This document shows, one piece after another, positions 52,491 through 54,689 of a DNA stretch of 54,689 bases (position 1 is its first letter; each line of letters starts with the position of its first letter). The position numbers and the translations under genes are program-made. Where the stretch lies: IMG/VR virus record IMGVR_UViG_3300008113_000294, positions 1 through 54,689 of that record. The stretch is one strand, 5' to 3'. The stretch comes from a virus (taxonomy: Duplodnaviria > Caudoviricetes). The notes beneath the pieces are model-generated. The model ran no database searches. It was not told where the DNA came from and saw only the letters and a program-made list of their open reading frames with translations.

Positions 52491-53923
52491 ACGGAGCTTG
52501 CACGATTTCTATAAAGCCTCTTGGCGTTATATCGATCCTGCCCCTTTCACCGATGGCAGGCACTTTGAATGCATATGTGAACATTTAGAGGCAGTTGCCA
52601 AAGGCTCAATCAATCGCCTGCTTATCAATATTCAGCCCCGCGTTTCTAAATCAACGCTTTGCTCTGTTGCATTCCCCGCCTGGCTATGGACGCTTAACAC
52701 CCCGTACTTTGACAACTGGAACAACGCCGGGGCTGATAAAAAAATCCTTTCTCTTTCTTTCGCGCACAGCTTAGCGACCCGCGATGCCCGGCGCTCTCGA
52801 AACTTGATAAATTCTAAATTTTATCAGCAGTTCTGGGGCAAAGATTTTAACCTGGTATCGGATCAGAACGCTAAGCATCGCTATGATAATAATCAGCAGG
52901 GCTTTCGTATGGCCACAACGCCGCTAGGGCAAGTCCTAGGCGAAGGGGGCGACCTCATTATCTTTGATGATCCGCACAAAGCATCGGATATCGGGAAAGA
53001 GGCGCACTGGGAGACGATTCGTTTTGTTCAAGAAACCTTGCCTAACCGCTTAAACTCAGAACAATCAGCTATTGTTGTCATCATGCAGCGCCTGCATGAA
53101 AAAGATGTTTCGGGCGTGCTTGCTGAAACAGGCGATTATACGCACGTATGCTTGCCCGCTGAATACGATCCTAACCATAAATTTCACTTCATAGGCGACT
53201 GGCGCAAGGAGCCTGGAGAACTGCTATGGCCGGAAAAATTCACCCGCGAAGCTCTCGACAAGCGTAAACGCGAAATGACGCAATACGCTATATCAGGGCA
53301 GCTGCAACAACTGCCTGTGCCGCGTGAGGGCGGTATGTTTAAGGCGGAATGGTTTAAGTTTATTGATGCCCTGCCCCATGAGGTTCGAGAGGAGGGCGCA
53401 TGCGTTCGCTTATGATATGGCGTCAACAGAGGTGTCGAATAAGAACCGCGACCCCGATTTCACTGCAGGCGTTAAAATATGGGGACACAACGGCGCGTAT
53501 TACATTGAGGATGTAGTCAAATTCCGCCTATCCGCCGCAGCAGTGGAGGCGCGGGTTCAAAGTGCCGCCGCTATGGATGGCCTAGATTGCTATATCCGCA
53601 TGGAGCAAGAGGGCGGGTCATCGGGTAAAATATCTATTGACCATTATGCCCGCGAGGTGCTGCCTGATTACAATTTCAAAGGCATAAAAAGCACGGGTTC
53701 AAAGGAAAAACGCGCAGAACTCTTAGAGGCGCGGGCGCAGAACGGGAACGTTTATATTGTGCGTGCGCCTTGGAACGCAGCCTTTATTGAGGAGCTTACT
53801 TTATTCCCTAACGGCGCACATGACGACCAAGTTGACGCAGCGGCTGGCGCAATTAACGAACTTCCCGTTATAATGCGCAGGAACGACCGGGGCGCTATTG
53901 GCGTTCCTATGCAAGTAAAATAA
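52444..53923 (+). CDS. terL: Terminase large subunit, frameshifted at ~53408
   Basis: RLLINI.PR..KS; IIFDDPH; MQRLHE.D; QQ.P.P..GG.FK; second frame AYDMAST, EQE.GSSG, FPNG.HDDQVDA. Confidence 0.88.
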
Positions 53924-53933
53924 GGGTTTGGTT

Positions 53934-54689
53934 ATGGCTCAAAATAAAACACGCAAAGCGACACCCAGAGGCAAGGCAGCAGCCGGGGCTGTTGAAGCTG
54001 AAATTGGCAACACTGGATTGCCTAGCGTTGGCGGGCGGATTCAAGATGAATTTTTGGTAGAACTGCGCGGCGAACGAGGCCGCCGGGTATATCGTGAGAT
54101 GGCCGATAATGATGATGCTGTTGGCGCAATCCTGCTGGCCATTGAGATGATGATTCGCTCTGTGCAGTATCGGTTTGACCCGATAGACCAATCAAGCGCC
54201 GCTATGGAAGCAAGGGACTGGATGCAGGCGGCAATCTTTGACGATATGTCACATACTTTTGAGGAGTTTATCACCGAGGCGCTATCGTTCTTGGTTTACG
54301 GGTGGGCGTATTTTGAAATAGTGCTCAAATTCCGCAATGGTGAAAACAAAGAAGATAAAGAAAAGAGCAGCAAGTTTGATGATAAGGCAATCGGAATTGC
54401 AAAAGTTGCTATGCGCGGCCAGCAGTCACTCGACCGCTGGGAGTTCAAGGAAGGCCGTCTAACCGGAATGTGGCAGCGGGCAATGCTTGGTAATGCAATG
54501 TGTTTTGTGCCTATTGAGCGCAGCATGCTCTTGCGCACAAAGAAAATCATGGATAACCCGGAAGGCCGCAGCATCCTGCGCAGCGCGTACCGGGCGTACT
54601 ACTACAAGAAAAACATTCAGAATCAGGAAGCCATCGGGTTTGAGCGTGATTTGACGGGTATCCCTGTTGCTTATATCCCATCGGAAATC
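53934..54689 (+). CDS. Portal protein (DUF935/Mu gp29-like), truncated by window end
   Basis: Translated by hand: EIG.TGL; LRG..G.RVY.EM..ND..VGA.L; NPEGRS.LR.AY..Y..KK....EAIG.ERDL.G.PV. Confidence 0.85.
   Translation, partial: MAQNKTRKATPRGKAAAGAVEAEIGNTGLPSVGGRIQDEFLVELRGERGRRVYREMADNDDAVGAILLAIEMMIRSVQYRFDPIDQSSAAMEARDWMQAAIFDDMSHTFEEFITEALSFLVYGWAYFEIVLKFRNGENKEDKEKSSKFDDKAIGIAKVAMRGQQSLDRWEFKEGRLTGMWQRAMLGNAMCFVPIERSMLLRTKKIMDNPEGRSILRSAYRAYYYKKNIQNQEAIGFERDLTGIPVAYIPSEI

Noticed and set aside
1-54689. Stop-codon reassignment as the cause of the broken genes
   Set aside because: Each break changes reading frame instead of being an in-frame stop, and TAA, TAG and TGA all end well-defined genes.

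Overview
The window is a near-complete, circularly permuted genome of a tailed siphovirus-type phage. It opens inside a Mu gpF/SPP1 gp7-like head morphogenesis gene and ends inside a DUF935-like portal gene that follows terS-terL, so the two ends are probably neighbours. Gene order: head morphogenesis gene; an ~8.5 kb cassette of small accessory genes with structured non-coding segments and an initiator-like tRNA; a ChaB-fused prohead protease, scaffold, decoration protein and major capsid; accessory structural genes including an SGNH-hydrolase protein; neck and tail genes; a tail spike; lysis genes (GH108 endolysin, holins); a leftward DNA-metabolism arm (SF2 helicase, dual-frame C5 methyltransferase, orphan HigA, tRNA-CAT, DEDDh exonuclease, SMC-like ATPase, Cas4-like nuclease); and a rightward replication/packaging arm (RusA, DUF1376 initiator with iterons, GapR-like, ParB-MTase, terminase). 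GapR-like and GTA-like genes suggest an alphaproteobacterial host (inference). I saw no integrase, DNA polymerase, reverse transcriptase or CRISPR array. The best candidates for undescribed biology are a promoter-driven, highly base-paired ~190-nt putative ncRNA (8870-9062), a nearby RNA-structure/tRNA cluster (8042-8280), and a membrane protein with a C-terminal winged helix preceded by a symmetric AGTCCTA repeat array. Five structural or packaging genes carry small lesions, which may be assembly artefacts. All family calls come from motif recognition by eye, not from database searches.
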